A stretch of DNA of 63,379 bases, counting the filler, from Nemertoderma westbladi (lineage: Eukaryota > Animalia > Xenacoelomorpha), in the NCBI GenBank assembly GCA_032718475.1. It is 4 parts of 4 records of this genome, joined end to end, with 100 filler letters (N's around TTAATTAATTAA, not from the genome) between each part and the next. Parts side by side here need not be neighbours in the genome. Positions count along the whole stretch, not along the records: positions 1 to 22,859 come from JAUCBJ010002737.1; positions 22,960 to 42,864 come from JAUCBJ010008408.1; 2 more parts are not named here. One strand, 5' to 3'. The notes under the pieces are model-generated. The model was not told the DNA's origin, made no database searches, and was given only the letters and a program-made list of their open reading frames with translations. The translations under genes were made by a program, and so were the position numbers. Positions 11,486 to 24,324 of the stretch are shown here, one piece after another (position 1 is the stretch's first letter; every line of letters begins with the position of its first letter).

Positions 11486-13392
11486 CTACTACTAGGTCGA
11501 GCGAACTCGGACAGTGGAAATGAGATCCTTCCAGGCTTCCCGATTCTCCATAGTTGTCGCAATTTCGTTTCTCCCAAGTTCAGTATCCCTTTCAAGTTGA
11601 TCTATATATGTTATGGCAGGTCGTCCACGACTACGCTTTCCATGAGTTGGTTGCCAGAGAAGTAGATCTGGTATGACCTCGTCTTTACTTCGCCAGCAGT
11701 GCCCACTGAATCTTAATCTGCGTTCACGGAGGGTGGTTGATACAGGTGGTATTGTACCATAAAGCTCGGCGTTTGTCATGTGTTGTCTCCAGCTGATGTT
11801 TAGGGCTGCCCTTAGTAGTCTTGTGTAGCAACCATCAATTCGTTGTTCAAGTGATTTAGTCAGTGTCCAGGTCTCACCCCCATATAAAAATACACTTTCC
11901 ACTGTGGCTCGAAAGAACTTAGTCTTCAGGTGCCTGGAGAGATCTGATTTCCAGATGGTATCCATTTTTGATAGAGCTACCCAAGCCTTTGCTTTCCTAA
12001 CTTCTATGTCCTTTTTGCTACTCTCTATCCATGATCCAAGGTACTGGAAGTCATCGACCTTCCTTAGTTGATTATTATCAATGGTTGTCAAGTTTCCATC
12101 AACATTAAAGGTCATGAATTCGGTCTTGGTAGCATTTATATGCAATCCAACCTCCTTAGCAGCCCTCTCCACTTTATTTAGTAGAAGCTGTGCATCTGCT
12201 AGCGTATTAGAGAGCAGGGCGATGTCATCCGCAAAGTCGGTGTCTGTGACTGTAGTTGCCGGATATCTACTACTTCTGCATTCTTGAAGTGTGAATCCCA
12301 GATCTTCACCCTTTGTGGCCGTCCTCATTGCGTAATCCAGCACAATTACAAATAGTAATGGTGCTAATGTGTCACCTTGCAGTACGCCAGCCAGGATTGA
12401 GAAAAACTCAGTTTCACCATCTGGTGAGAGTACCTGTGCTTCTGTGTCACAATATAACAATCCAATGCCAGCAACAATTACTTCTGGTATTCTATAAGCT
12501 CTTAGGATTTCAAGCATTTTACCTCTATAGATGGAGTCGAATGCCTTCTTGAAGTCCACAAATGTCATGACTGCGGGGAGATTCTTTGACTTAATTCCTT
12601 CAATCAGTCTCCGTAGTGCAAGTATCTGAGCTATTGTTGATCTACTTGGTCGAAATCCGTTTTGGCTCTTACGCAGTAGTTTCTTTATGTGAGGCCTAAT
12701 CCTATATAGAATCATTTTATTGTATATTTTGGCAGCTACCACAAGCAGACAGATCCCACGATAGTTTGTTGGTATGCCGAGGTCTCCTTTCTTGGGGAGA
12801 GGCTTTAGTTGACCTTTAGTCCAAATTGGTGGTGGCTTTTCCCCTTTTAACATCCGGTTGCAAACATTCAATAATGGTCTATTTAGCACTCCGGTTTTCC
12901 ATACCTCCGCTGGGATTTCATCTAATCCACTCGCTTTATTATTGGACATGCTTTTAATGCTTCTTTGGAGTTCGGCAGGTGTGAAGTCCCCTGTTTCTAT
13001 AGGTAGTGTCTTGTCATATATTTTCCTTGTAGGGCTGACCTAGATGTTTGGTGGCTGCCCAAGCAAGTTGCTGAAGTGATTTTTCCACTTCCCAACACGT
13101 TCTTCAGGACTATCGGCTTTGAGGCGCCCCTTTGCACAACATTTCCGACCAGATACCTCATTTACAGTTTGCCAGGTAAGTCTTGATTGTTGCTGTATGT
13201 GAGCAGTTGTAATTGCTTCAGTTTTATCCTGTATGTACTTTTCCTGGCTGATGTTGTAGGCCAATTTAAGATCGTCCTTAGCTTTCTCAACCTTGTTAAT
13301 GTTTTCGGTTGTTGGTAGTTCGGTTTTAACTTTGTAGGCTATCTTAAGATCTTCTCTCTTACAAGAAACCTCAGAGTTTTGGCATGGCACAT

Positions 13393-13653
13393 ACTGTTTT
13401 CGTTTAGGTTTCTGGGGGATATGCCTCTTAGCTGATTCCTTGTGGGCTGTTATTATAATCTGGTATATTGAATCGGAGGATTGGTCTTCATCCATTGACT
13501 GAAGTGCCTCAAAGCGGTTTTGAACTTCTACTGTATAAGCATCCTTTACAGCATTGTCAGTTCTGAGTTTCTCCCAGTCATAGTTGATTTGCTTGCTTGT
13601 CCTGGGTTTGCTGGCTCTCAAACTGAGTCTGATCTCTGCAGTCACAATTCTGT
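13393..13653. repeat. 261-bp direct repeat, left copy (target-site duplication)
   Basis: Identical by eye to 16473..16733. Confidence 0.95.
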
Positions 13654-16472
13654 ATAATATTCAATTGTATAATAATAAAATTTCTCATGCTGTAGAAATT
13701 TTATCATTTCATAATGAGCGCTTCATTGGTGCGGTTGTTACACTTAGTAATATGGAAAAACTATTAGTAATTAATGTGTACATGCCATATCAGTGTGAAG
13801 ATAACGAAACATCGTATATAAGTTGTCTCGGTGATATTAAATCTATTTTTGAGGATGTAGCATTTACTTACTTGTGTGTAATAGGTGACTTCAATGCTCA
13901 CCCTGACCCTAGCCGGTCATTTCACTTGTTTTTAACAGAATGGTGCAATAATGAAGGTCTACAAATATTTGATATCGGTAATTTACCATCCGACACATTT
14001 ACGTATATAAGTGATGCTCACTTGACCACCTCATGGCTTGACCATGTTGTTTGCACTCCCTCTACAGGTAGTTTAATTGAATCCCTTTCAGTGGACTATG
14101 TATCTTCCATAAGGGATCACATGCCTATAATTGTTAATTTTTCTGTAACTGTGTGCGTCAGCCCCATTACACAGCCTGGCCCTGGTCGGTCCAACCCACA
14201 CCAGCCCACTAAATTGGACTGGGCAGCCACCTCTCCAGAGTCCATTGATACTTTCAAGTATCGTGTGAAAACTAATCTTGATATGTATATAATTAACAAC
14301 AATTTATTAAACTGTATGGACACTAAATGTTCGGTTCATAATGACGATATTGATATCTTGTACAATAGTGTTGTATCAATTTTAACTACTTGTGCTGTAG
14401 AATGTATTAAATCGAATCCCACTGTAAATTGTAACTCCACCCAGCGCCACATTCCAGGCTGGAATGACCTTGTGGAGGAGAAACACAGTGAGGCTCGATT
14501 AAAATTCCTGTGTTGGAGATCTTCTGGGTCTCCAAGGCAGGGGCAAATATTTTCTGATTACCTAAGTGCTAAGGCTAATTTTAAGCGTTCCCTTAGGGCG
14601 TGTAAACGTGAAGAGAATAATATCCGTAACGGTAAAATAGCGAATTCACTATTGTCTAGTGGTGCATCATCAACCACGTTTTGGTCCAATGTGCACAAAT
14701 GTTGTTCTAGTACAACTGTATTGCCTAATAAAGTGGGCGATGCTGTTGGTCCCAATCAAATTAGCGATCTGTGGAAGTCTCATTTTCACACTCTACTGAA
14801 CTGCGTTAAGGACGATTCCGATAAGGAATTCGTTTCTGAAAAACTTATTGGAACTTCATTTCGTGCAGATTGCATTGTTAGTAATAATGAAATTTTTGAA
14901 GCTATTAATAGCCTATCTATTGGAAAGGCTGTTGGCCCAGACGGGTTACAAGCTGAGCACTTGATTAATGGCTGCTGTGTATCGTTACTTGATATTTTGG
15001 CTGTGCTTATTAATAGTATTTTTGTTCATGGTTATATGCCATCACTCATGATGGAATCCATTATTGTTCCACTTATCAAAGATAAAACAGGTGACCATAC
15101 TTGTAAGGACAATTACAGGGGCATTTCAATTGCAACAGGTTTGAGCAAACTTGTAGAAAGCGTTATTTTAGCGCGTAGTTTAGCGCTAATGTATACAACT
15201 GATAACCAGTTTGGTTTCAAATCCAAACTTGGAACGGAATATTGTATTTACACCCTTAAGGAGATCATAAACTTTTACCTTTCTAGCAACACTCCAGTAT
15301 ATGTGTGTATGCTTGACGCCAGTAAAGCGTTTGACCGTGTCAACCACTTTACCCTACTCCGTAAACTTATATTACGAGGTTTTCCATTATATATAGTACG
15401 GCTAATTTTGTTTTGGTATCGATCCCAACTCATGTATGTTATGTGGGGTGGTATTTTTTCTGCCAAATTTATGGTGACTAATGGAACGAAACAGGGAGGT
15501 ATACTCTCGCCGTTGCTGTATAATGTATATATTGACGATCTGAGTAAGGAGCTCACAGAGGCTGGTGTTGGTTGTTACGTCGACTGCATCAGATTGAACC
15601 ATATATGTTATGCTGATGATATGTGCCTGATTTCGAATTCTATTTTCGGTTTACAACGGCTAATTGACATTGCCGTTAAATATGCTGATACTAATTCAAT
15701 TATATTTAACACGAAAAAGTCTAAGTGTTTATACTTCTTCCCGAAAGGATCGTCAGTTATTCGGCGCCCTAATGTGTTTCTGTATGGTGTTGCTATTGAA
15801 ATTGTAAATAAATTCAATTATTTAGGCCATATTTTACATTGTACAATGGATGATGACTATGATATTCTTAACCAAACTTGTAAGTTATATTCTAGAGCTA
15901 ATTTTATTATTAGGAAATTTAGCGGCTGTGCAAATAATGTAAAAGTGCAATTGTTCCGTGCATTCTGTACCCCGATTTATTGTAATGCCTTATGGGCTAG
16001 GCGTAATTACTCAGATCGTATCCACAGTAAACTTAAAGTAGCCTATAATAATTGCGCAAGGCGATTATTTGGGTTACCAAGAGTTACTGATGGACAGACA
16101 TCGAGTATTTCACTAGCGCTCGGTATGTTGAATATACCACTATTTATACATATCAGATATAGATCAGTAACCAGTCTATTTGATCGTATAAACAAGATAG
16201 ATAATACACTATTGCAAGCATTAAATACGGCAGTAGTTAAGATATCACGAATACGTGAAATGAAAGACCCTGTATTTCTAACCTAAATGTGTATAATCGT
16301 GAACAATATGAGTAAATAGTTATTGTTTTTCTTCTTTTTTCTTTTTTCTTTTTAATAATATATTCTTAGAAGTTAGTTACCATGTTGTATGATATATATA
16401 TTTTGTGATCATATATAATAAATAATTTTACTATGTGCAATTGCATGAAATAAAGAATATAATAATAATAAA
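13654..16472 (+). mobile_element. Young 5'-truncated APE-type non-LTR retrotransposon with open endonuclease(partial)-RT ORF ending at 16286; clade unresolved (Proto2/RTE-X-like)
   Basis: Motifs NVYMP, GDFNA, LDH, DH.P, IPGWN, NYRGI, QFGFK, DASKAFD, QGGILSP, YADD with no stop; AATAAA at ~16449 then a (TAA)n tail; flanked by the 261-bp repeats. Confidence 0.93.
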
Positions 16473-16733
16473 ACTGTTTTCGTTTAGGTTTCTGGGGGAT
16501 ATGCCTCTTAGCTGATTCCTTGTGGGCTGTTATTATAATCTGGTATATTGAATCGGAGGATTGGTCTTCATCCATTGACTGAAGTGCCTCAAAGCGGTTT
16601 TGAACTTCTACTGTATAAGCATCCTTTACAGCATTGTCAGTTCTGAGTTTCTCCCAGTCATAGTTGATTTGCTTGCTTGTCCTGGGTTTGCTGGCTCTCA
16701 AACTGAGTCTGATCTCTGCAGTCACAATTCTGT
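16473..16733. repeat. 261-bp direct repeat, right copy (target-site duplication)
   Basis: Identical by eye to 13393..13653; begins immediately after the (TAA)n tail. Confidence 0.95.
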
Positions 16734-17288
16734 GGTCCGAACCAATTAGGTTGAACGAGCTGTATGCCTCGCAGTTGATCATGCTATTTCTCCACTTTTT
16801 GTTTATAAGGATGTAATCCAGTTGTGCTTTGGTTCCATTAGGGTATTGAAAGGTCCATAGCTTCCCCTTACTCTTTTCGAATGTGTTGTTTGTTGGTATC
16901 AATTCACATTCTTCCATTAGGTCTAAAAGTAAGTACCTTTTTCTGTTAGAACTGGTGTTATAGGTGTAACCCTTTATGTCTTCTGGGCCAATTTGCGCAT
17001 TTAGGTCACCAGCAATGACTTTAACATTGTGTTTCGGGATGTCCTTAATAAGTCCAGTCAGTTCTTCATAAAACTTGACTGCTTGTTCTGGCTCTGTTGC
17101 ATTGGTTGGACTGTGGCAAGTTTTCTTTAGCTCAATAAAACTGGCCTTATTTTCTGGTTGCTACTTCTCGTTTGTGCTATTCATTCTATTTAGTATATTT
17201 TTGCCTGTTGTTAGTATTTTTAGATATTAGCTTGCACTTTAGTTTAGTTTTTTGTTTATGATTATTAGTTTCTGCATTTATGTGTGTT

Positions 17289-17328
17289 GCACTGATGATG
17301 AATACAGTTTTGTACTCGAAACATTTGC
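17289..17328 (+). ncRNA. Degenerate minimal hammerhead-ribozyme-like motif in the Penelope 3' region
   Basis: gca-CTGATGA-t-gaataca-gttt-tgtactc-GAAA-catt-tgc: core boxes, a stem II with one mismatch and a short stem I, downstream of the Penelope ORF end. Confidence 0.5.
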
Positions 17329-17379
17329 TAGTTAATCTTATTAAAAAAGAATTCAATGCCGACGGGTGGTATGAGTACC

Positions 17380-19260
17380 ACCTATCAATGCTAGAAAACC
17401 AAGAAGCAAGGTTATCAACCTTCGAAACAACCCTAGCAGGATTATCATCAGATCTTGGTCTCAAAATCAGCGATCAGATCGACATACATCTTTCCGCCCA
17501 ATCTTCAACTTCAACAAAAGAGCCCGAGTCTTCACCCAAACCGACCTCCTTCTCTACAAAGGAGAAAAAATCCCTCATTGATTCAATCCAATGCCTTGTT
17601 ATTTTCGAAATTTAACAGATGCGATTACAGAATTAAACCAGCTAATCAAGAACCAAGATGAAACTAGGCGGATATTAGAAGAAGCACTGCGTGATGGGCA
17701 GGACGAAAATGAGCAATACTCTCGCCACAATTCCCTATTAATTCACGCAATCCGATTCGATCCATCAACTGAAAAAAAACGAGGAGGACACCATGACCAA
17801 CTATAACATGACCTACATAACTGTTATAGTAGGTCATGAGGACACAGTCACTGTTGTACTAAACTTCCTAAATGACCACTTGGACCATCCCCGAAAGCGG
17901 CATTGATCGTTGTCACCAACTACCAGTAAAAAAGAGAGAAATCATCCCTGCAATTATAGTAAAGGTTGTCCGTCACCGCAGCCGGTCCACGGTATTCCAA
18001 TGAGCGTACAAATTACGATCCCCAGGCCTCTTCATAACCGAATCCCTAACCAAATCTCGATACAAGCTACTCCAGAAGATTAAAGAACATGGAATTGGTT
18101 GGTCCCGAGATGGCCATTTATTTGGAATTGGAGTCTCTAGTCCCCGAGTTCTGATCACTTCGGTTGATAACCTTCACCTGGTTAAACCCATCAATCAAGA
18201 GGAGAAGAAAGTATTACAATCCAGACAAAGTAAATACCATAATGAATCAGCCTCTGGCAAACCTACATCGGCCCCGAATGGAGTCGTCAAGGCGGACGTT
18301 CAGAACCCTCTTTCCCCTACAGTGCTGAGGATTCCTCAGTTTAACGTCTCCCTTCGGCTTCAGTAGACACGGTTGACATTTCCGACGTTGACTCCACGGA
18401 GGATAATGCCACTGCGGTCGAGGGATCATTCAGAATCTACTATCTAACGATTATCCAATCATGGCGTCAAGTTTGCTGATTGTATTTTATGTATTATGAT
18501 ATTATAGAAAACCATCTATATATTCTTATAAGTCGCTTATATCGCTAGTTGTCACTTAATTTAGTAATCACTATAAGGCTGACTACATAACTGCTACTTC
18601 CTCATATCCTCGACTCACACATCTACCCAACTGATCTATGTATTTCTTAATCACGTCTGCATTAGTTAGTTATGGTAGAATATAATCAATAGATAGCTAG
18701 GGTTTCTCCCTCGGGTCGGGCTACATCGGTATATCGGGTCTCAGTGTTATTATAATTACAGTATTAGTTAGGTATTAGGCTGTAGTCTTAAATCGTACTT
18801 AAGATTATCATTTCCAATGCCAACAATCCCCTGTCACATTTGCAAAAAAATCAATTACACATTACACTCAATTATACATTCATTACATTACATTACAATT
18901 ACACATACAATCAAAACATAATATTCGATTTTCCCATTATTACGAGGTATTTCATCTGACCTGTATCTCTGGTGTTAAAAAATCAGACCATAATTATTTT
19001 AAATCACTAACCAATTGGATATGTTTCAACTCCATAGAATTGACGCTCCCTTTTTTATGGATTACTGACAAGGTTGAATATAAACTCTCCCTTTCTGACT
19101 GCCACTTACCAAATAATATTGACTTAGAGCTGCTTGATTCATCTTTTTTTAATCTCTTTGGACCAACGGACAATGGAAATTCTTCCGACTCGCTTCTAGC
19201 TGCTGATCCTGATTTTTTCAGGATGCCAGGATATTAGGAGGAAGTTCATCATCCCATCAA
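17380..19260 (+). mobile_element. Degraded 5' half of a CR1/L2-group LINE (ORF1, spacer, start of ORF2)
   Basis: ENEQYSRHNSLLIH, IDRCH, PAIIVKVVR, FITESLTKSR and WSRDG are ORF1 (L1/CR1 RRM-CTD type) motifs; LPF..FNLF..DPD resembles a CR1-group ORF2 start. Confidence 0.65.
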
Positions 19261-19299
19261 TCGCTCATCTGAAATGACCTTCGCATAAGCATTTGTGGA

Positions 19300-20620
19300 A
19301 TTTGTAGTTCATGTACATAATACTCATAATGGCTCAAACACCATAGCAATACATTGTAGCAATTGACGACGGGTATATATCGAAGGGGAGGAAAGGACGA
19401 TTAGGACAACATGCATTGAATCTAAGGTGGAATTCCAAGGAAACCCTAAAAGTTTAGTATGATTTTCAGTAGGTTTAAGAACCATATCAGCCAAGGAGAA
19501 CCATTCAATTGCATATTTCATTTTATAATTGGAAATTTCAGGACTGTCAGTACTATCAATAAAATGATCACAGAATAATGCATTAAGCAATTCAAGGTGT
19601 AATATTATGGGTTTATTCAGAAGTGGAAAAAAAGAGAAAGCCCTTCTATTTAAGGCGTTTATTTAAGCAATTCGTGCATTATTGCAAGGTCGGAAAAAGT
19701 GAAAACATATAAAATGATGTTGGAGTGTTAGTATAGGTGGTGAGGACTGGAAGTTAAACCAAATGGAACTCTTCGAAACTGCCATGATTATCCAGTTAAC
19801 AGTATTATCTTCCAAATCTGTGGTTGCTTAGGTACCAAGGAATAATTATGTGGAGGTCTAGCTTCACATTTGAATGTTAACTGAACACAGTATCGACTAG
19901 GGTCATCCACACTCCTCCTGACAGATAGACCACCAAAAGTATTGGGTTCAAATGGGTTGTTAATGCCAATTGTCTCAAGGTCCCATATTCTGGAGACATC
20001 ATGCATCTCAGAAATAATTAAACTTGGTGAGGGGGAAGGAATAGAAGGTGAATTTAGGAGACCATACAACACAAAACCAAAAAAATGTCTCACATGGATG
20101 TGGTATACCCTACCCAGGTTGCAAACATTTGCGAGAGTTGGTCAGCTCCAATTATAAGAATGATTTGACGGCTTCCACCATCAAAATCATCAGCCCAATT
20201 CTCCAATCCACATAAATTCAGAGGATTGGGAGGAAACTCTTGGCGCATTTCAGGACACAGGCTTGGTGTAGTCCAATCAAATAACTGAATTGGTTGTGGA
20301 GAGAAGTTACTATGTAGATGGAAGGTGATCTGAGCTGAGTTTTTGGAATGTACAACATCTACATAAGAACCAGTGTTGAGCTGCTGATACTGCAAAGGAG
20401 GAAGTTGGAGGTCAACAGCTACATATCATTAACAATATAAGTATGTTTAGACCCCTCATCTAAAAGTAAACAAACATCCAATAACCATAATCGGAATTAG
20501 GAGGTGTCTCTAAAGCCTTGGCAATTTTAACAAAAAAACAGAAAAACTCTATAGTACAGCATGAAGAACTTTACACCCACTTTTCAGTAAGTTTAGAACT
20601 GGAAGAAATGGTAATTGGTG
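19300..20620 (-). mobile_element. Degraded BEL/Pao pol fragment (protease-RT-RNase H region)
   Basis: LIIGAD, IWDLETIGI, WQFRRVPFGLTSSP (~19740-19785), KLLGFPWN..D, TRRQLLQCIAMVFEPL. Confidence 0.8.
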
Positions 20621-21039
20621 AATGAGAATTGTTGTCATTGTGAGACTCATATCAACTTAATAGATGGCAGTCCCGTCCTGGTGCTGCCTAACGCATCAAA
20701 AAGGTGTTGGATAGTGTGTCCAAAATATTCCCCCTTAACAAGAGGGACAATATTTAGGGCTGCCTTTAATAATATTCTGTATCAACCATTAATTCGTTCT
20801 TCCAGTGCTTGGGTCAGTTACCATGTCTCACCACAATACCTGTACACCAAATATCCCATTATTGGGCTATCGATGATCAACATTTTTTTCAACCGACCAT
20901 ACCACTTGCTTACTTGGGAGAGCCTAATTAGTATTATAAGACAATACTACCACTACTACTATAATCGGCCTGCTTTATTGAAACTGCACATTGAGATGCT
21001 ATGCCAGCTTAACAAAAACATTTTGTCAGGTGCAGCATG

Positions 21040-21580
21040 CATTATGAATGCTATGCCGGGGCTGGCTTATCAACAAAGTTTCACGCCAAAACTCCCTGTC
21101 CTCCATGACTTTCGCGATCATCTGCATCTTTAAGGTCAGTGTCCTTCAGGAGGCGTCTCACAAAAGTCATGGGCTGTCCACCATGCTTATTTTCTCTATG
21201 GGGCTGCCAAAGATCAAGATTGTGCACTGGCTGGTCCTCACGGCGAAAACAATCGGTACTCACGGGGGCGGCTTCGTTATAGTATCAAGCTTGGGGGAAC
21301 CAATGAGACACCTACAATGTTATATAGTGTCTGGTTGGAGGTGTGTGCATTGTACATGACACACTGAACCCAGCGTAGCATTCTTGTGAATATGCCATCC
21401 GGAGATTTGATATCCTCAGCAGTTAGAGCCCAGCATGGACTCCCATAGAGGAGTACTGGAACTACTGCTGCTCTAAATAATCGGACCTTAAGTTTCCGAT
21501 TAATTCTCGTTGACTTCCAAATCCTGGAAAACCCATTCAAGGCTGTCAATGCCTTTCCCTTACGTATTCGAATGTCCTCA
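21040..21580 (-). mobile_element. Degraded RTE-clade LINE 3' fragment
   Basis: DIRIRKGKA..SRIWKS..LKVRLFRAAVVPVLLYGS..WALT and LWQP.....GGQPMTFV..L.KDT parallel the C-terminus of the RTE at 11492. Confidence 0.8.
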
Positions 21581-21955
21581 CCTAATCACTCAGACAATAC
21601 CAATCATCGATCAACATTGCTGAAAACATTTTATTAATTCCTAGAGAGCGATCCAGGGCCAGTATTGCTTGACTGAAGAATAGCCTTTGCCAACCATCGA
21701 TTAGAAAATATAAAATATGAACCTGACTCAATTTGCAAAGCCACGCACCCCCATGACTCAGACCAACATTCACCCTCTTCTGATTGTTTAAATATCACAC
21801 ATTGTGTGAACCGGGATAATTTGTATCGTTTATTGTTTTAGTTAGAATAGCATTCCTCTATAACCGGTTCCTCTCCCTCAATTGAAAAGGCTGGAAGCAA
21901 TCTGAAACCTGAGCATGAATTGTATGGGATGGGTTTGGTGGGGGGGGGGGGGGGG

Positions 21956-22024
21956 CAGAGAGGATAGTGCCACTTTTCACATTGATGTGAAAATATGTTT
22001 CACACAGTGACACTATCCTCTCTG
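21956..22024. repeat. Small hairpin element
   Basis: cagagaggatagtg.cact pairs with agtg.cactatcctctctg; inner stem ttttcacat/atgtgaaaa. Confidence 0.75.
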
Positions 22025-22415
22025 GGCGCACAAACATGAAGATAGATTAAATATGTCTTCATGTGATAGAGATAGCCTACTATATACTGTAATATTACTG
22101 TATATTCATGTGTAAAGCTGAGAATTCTGCGCATCTAATGCAACATATATTATTAAAATCCATTCAGAAAAACAGAAATGGTAGAGGTCCACAGTAGATA
22201 GAAATCTGTAATATCTGGAAATTTATCCCAAAAACGGGCACTAAAAATGCAACATTTCGACATTTTTCGCATTTTTCGGTAATTCTTTCAAATTAGTTTC
22301 TTAGAACTCCTTTGGGCAAATCTGTACCAGATTTCGTTAAAATTTGAACAAGTTAAAGTATTTTGGAAAGTTTTTCAATTTTTAATTTTAGCCTCAGTTT
22401 ACTAGAAATGTACTA

Positions 22416-22835
22416 CAACATGACCTGGAATATAGTGTCGTTATTCAGGTACCTAGACCACCCCCCCCCCCCCCATAAATGTTTCTACAAATCTTAATGA
22501 GATTGCATGAAATTTGAAACAGAGATAGTTTCACTCAACTCCTCCAGGGTAGGTTATTTTTGCTTTCATTCTTATTTTTATTGGTACCAACAAATCACTA
22601 TAAGGTTGAAGAATAACTGCGGTGTAACTGGTGAAATATCACCGGCGACACCTTTTTCAAAAGCTTGTAGCTAAAGATTGATAGCAAAAATATAAATTCT
22701 GGCTCACCCAGCAAGGAGGAGGGAGGTGAAACTATCTCTGTTTTCAAATTTCATGCAATCTCATTAAGAATTGTAGACAAATTTGGGGGGGGGGGGGGGG
22801 TTGGGTATGTACCAGAATAACGACAGGGCATGGTG
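22416..22835. mobile_element. TA-flanked MITE with long (~130 bp) imperfect TIRs (Tc1/mariner-type); relatives at ~10010, ~35600 and 38674
   Basis: TA|CAACATGACC...GGCATGGTG|TA; arms share tctacaa.tcttaatgagattgcatgaaatttgaaa.agagatagtttcac in inverted orientation with C/G tracts. Confidence 0.8.
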
Positions 22836-22859
22836 TACTGTATATAGGTATATTTTGGT

Positions 22860-22959
22860 NNNNNNNNNNNNNNNNNNNNNNNNNNNNNNNNNNNNNNNNN
22901 NNNTTAATTAATTAANNNNNNNNNNNNNNNNNNNNNNNNNNNNNNNNNNNNNNNNNNNN
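22860..22959. other. Assembly spacer (44 N + TTAATTAATTAA + 44 N)
   Basis: Same 100-nt structure three times in the window; the core gives stops in all six frames. Confidence 0.97.
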
Positions 22960-23171
22960 GATTCAAAACTGTAAAGAGCCTTAGGGTTTTAAGCGCAACC
23001 AAGATTGTTTTATTGTTAACAGAGTATTAACTAATATTAAATAACGACAAATAAAATGTTTCTAACCTGTCACGTAGAATAGCATCTTAGGTACCTATAT
23101 TCCAAATTATAGCCAAAACCAAACACCGAAACGCTGAGAGTGATAAATCGAAGAGTTGTTCGAAAATGGTG

Positions 23172-23203
<32 letters not shown>

Positions 23204-23495
23204 TTAATTTATTAATCGATCCGGCGTATCGAAAGTATTTACTTATCCGGGTCATTGCTGAAAAAGCTACATAATTCTGCTGCAACGAAGATAAATGACA
23301 GCCTACGGATAGCAGCATGTACACGTACAGTTGTTGTGTATTTATTAGCACAGGGTATACAGTTTAGGAACGTCACCATTAAAAAAAATAGGCCAATGAA
23401 GGCGAAAAACCGCTAGTTTTAAAAAAGTTGCGTTTAAAAAGTGGACTATTTATCCCTGATATCGTTGGTAATAGAATTGGTTAGGGTAATTTTAA

Positions 23496-24232
23496 CCCTT
23501 AAACTGGTGAGGATTTTTCTAAACGCATCTCCACTTGGTGAAAACTCAAATATGAGTTACAGTAAATCCATGTTGACTTGGTTTCAACTCACATGAGTTT
23601 CGGCTATACTTTTGATTATATTGGATTTTATTTTTGATTATTTCTATTTACTTTTGGAAAAATTGTCTAATTTCAACTGGCTGTTTCATCGTTGTCACAG
23701 AAACAAACTGTATGCACCAGGTTGAAGGTCATTTTTTCCTCTTTCGGATGATATATATAACGGACTCTGAAGTTAAAAATTACGCAGTCTATCGCAAATT
23801 TACTAATTCGCAGCATTTTTTAAAAATAATTAGTCTTATTCGATAAAAAAAATTTCAATACTTCTATTTTTACATTCAAAGAATGTTAGTAATAATTTTC
23901 AAGCCATTCTTGTTATGAATTCCAAACTGACATAATTATATTCTTAAATTTACATAAATTTTTTTAAGCTTTATAAATATAAGAAAAACTCAAGGAGGAT
24001 AGCAAAAAAATATAATCTCTACCAAGTCCAGACGTTGGCTCATAAACTCATGAGTTTTCACCAAGTCAACTACAGTACTTCTTCTTAAAAAAAGATCCAC
24101 CAAGAGGGACAGGGAATAGATTTGCCAGAATTTAAATATGAGTTCTCACCAAGTCAGATACTACCATTAGAAAAATTCACACCAAATGGAATTGGCCCTC
24201 CCAAAACTCATGAGTTTTGACCAGTTCAAGGG
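23496..24232. mobile_element. Second piggyBac-like MITE family
   Basis: TTAA|CCCTTAAACTGGT...ACCAGTTCAAGGG|TTAA; repeated subterminal aaactcatgagttt/caccaag motifs. Confidence 0.8.
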
Positions 24233-24324
24233 TTAATAAAATTATTTACTGCAAGTGCAGTATGTTTAATATTCTATGGGCGAAAAATTTGAAAAGAAAA
24301 AAAGTGGCAATATCGAGAATAGTA

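Larger units (their letters stand above)
11486..17118 (-). mobile_element. 5'-truncated RTE-clade LINE (partial endonuclease plus RT), interrupted by a second LINE
   Basis: ORF pieces 17118..16473, 13645..13040 and 12949..11492 are collinear with one in-frame TAG at 13040. Motifs GDLNA, SDH, NYRGI, QNGFR, DFKKAFD, GVLQGDTLAP, FADD. (TAG)n tail; 11-bp TSD AGTTTTCTTTA at 11475-11485 and 17119-17129. Confidence 0.93.

Noticed and set aside
13584-13653. N-terminus of the 900-aa ORF (looks like a signal peptide)
   Set aside because: These codons are antisense RTE sequence inside the TSD and start at TTG; the LINE is simply 5'-truncated.
13393-16733. 261-bp repeats read as LTRs
   Set aside because: They are internal coding sequence of the host RTE, lack TG..CA ends, and the insert has a non-LTR RT and a simple-repeat tail.
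22904-22915. TTAATTAATTAA palindrome as a biological site
   Set aside because: Centred identically in three N blocks; an assembly linker.
20660-23360. Search for the last TGS1 exon
   Set aside because: No segment resembling the conserved VE.E.N.LN..K..TAYFG end was found; it probably lies in the gap or elsewhere.
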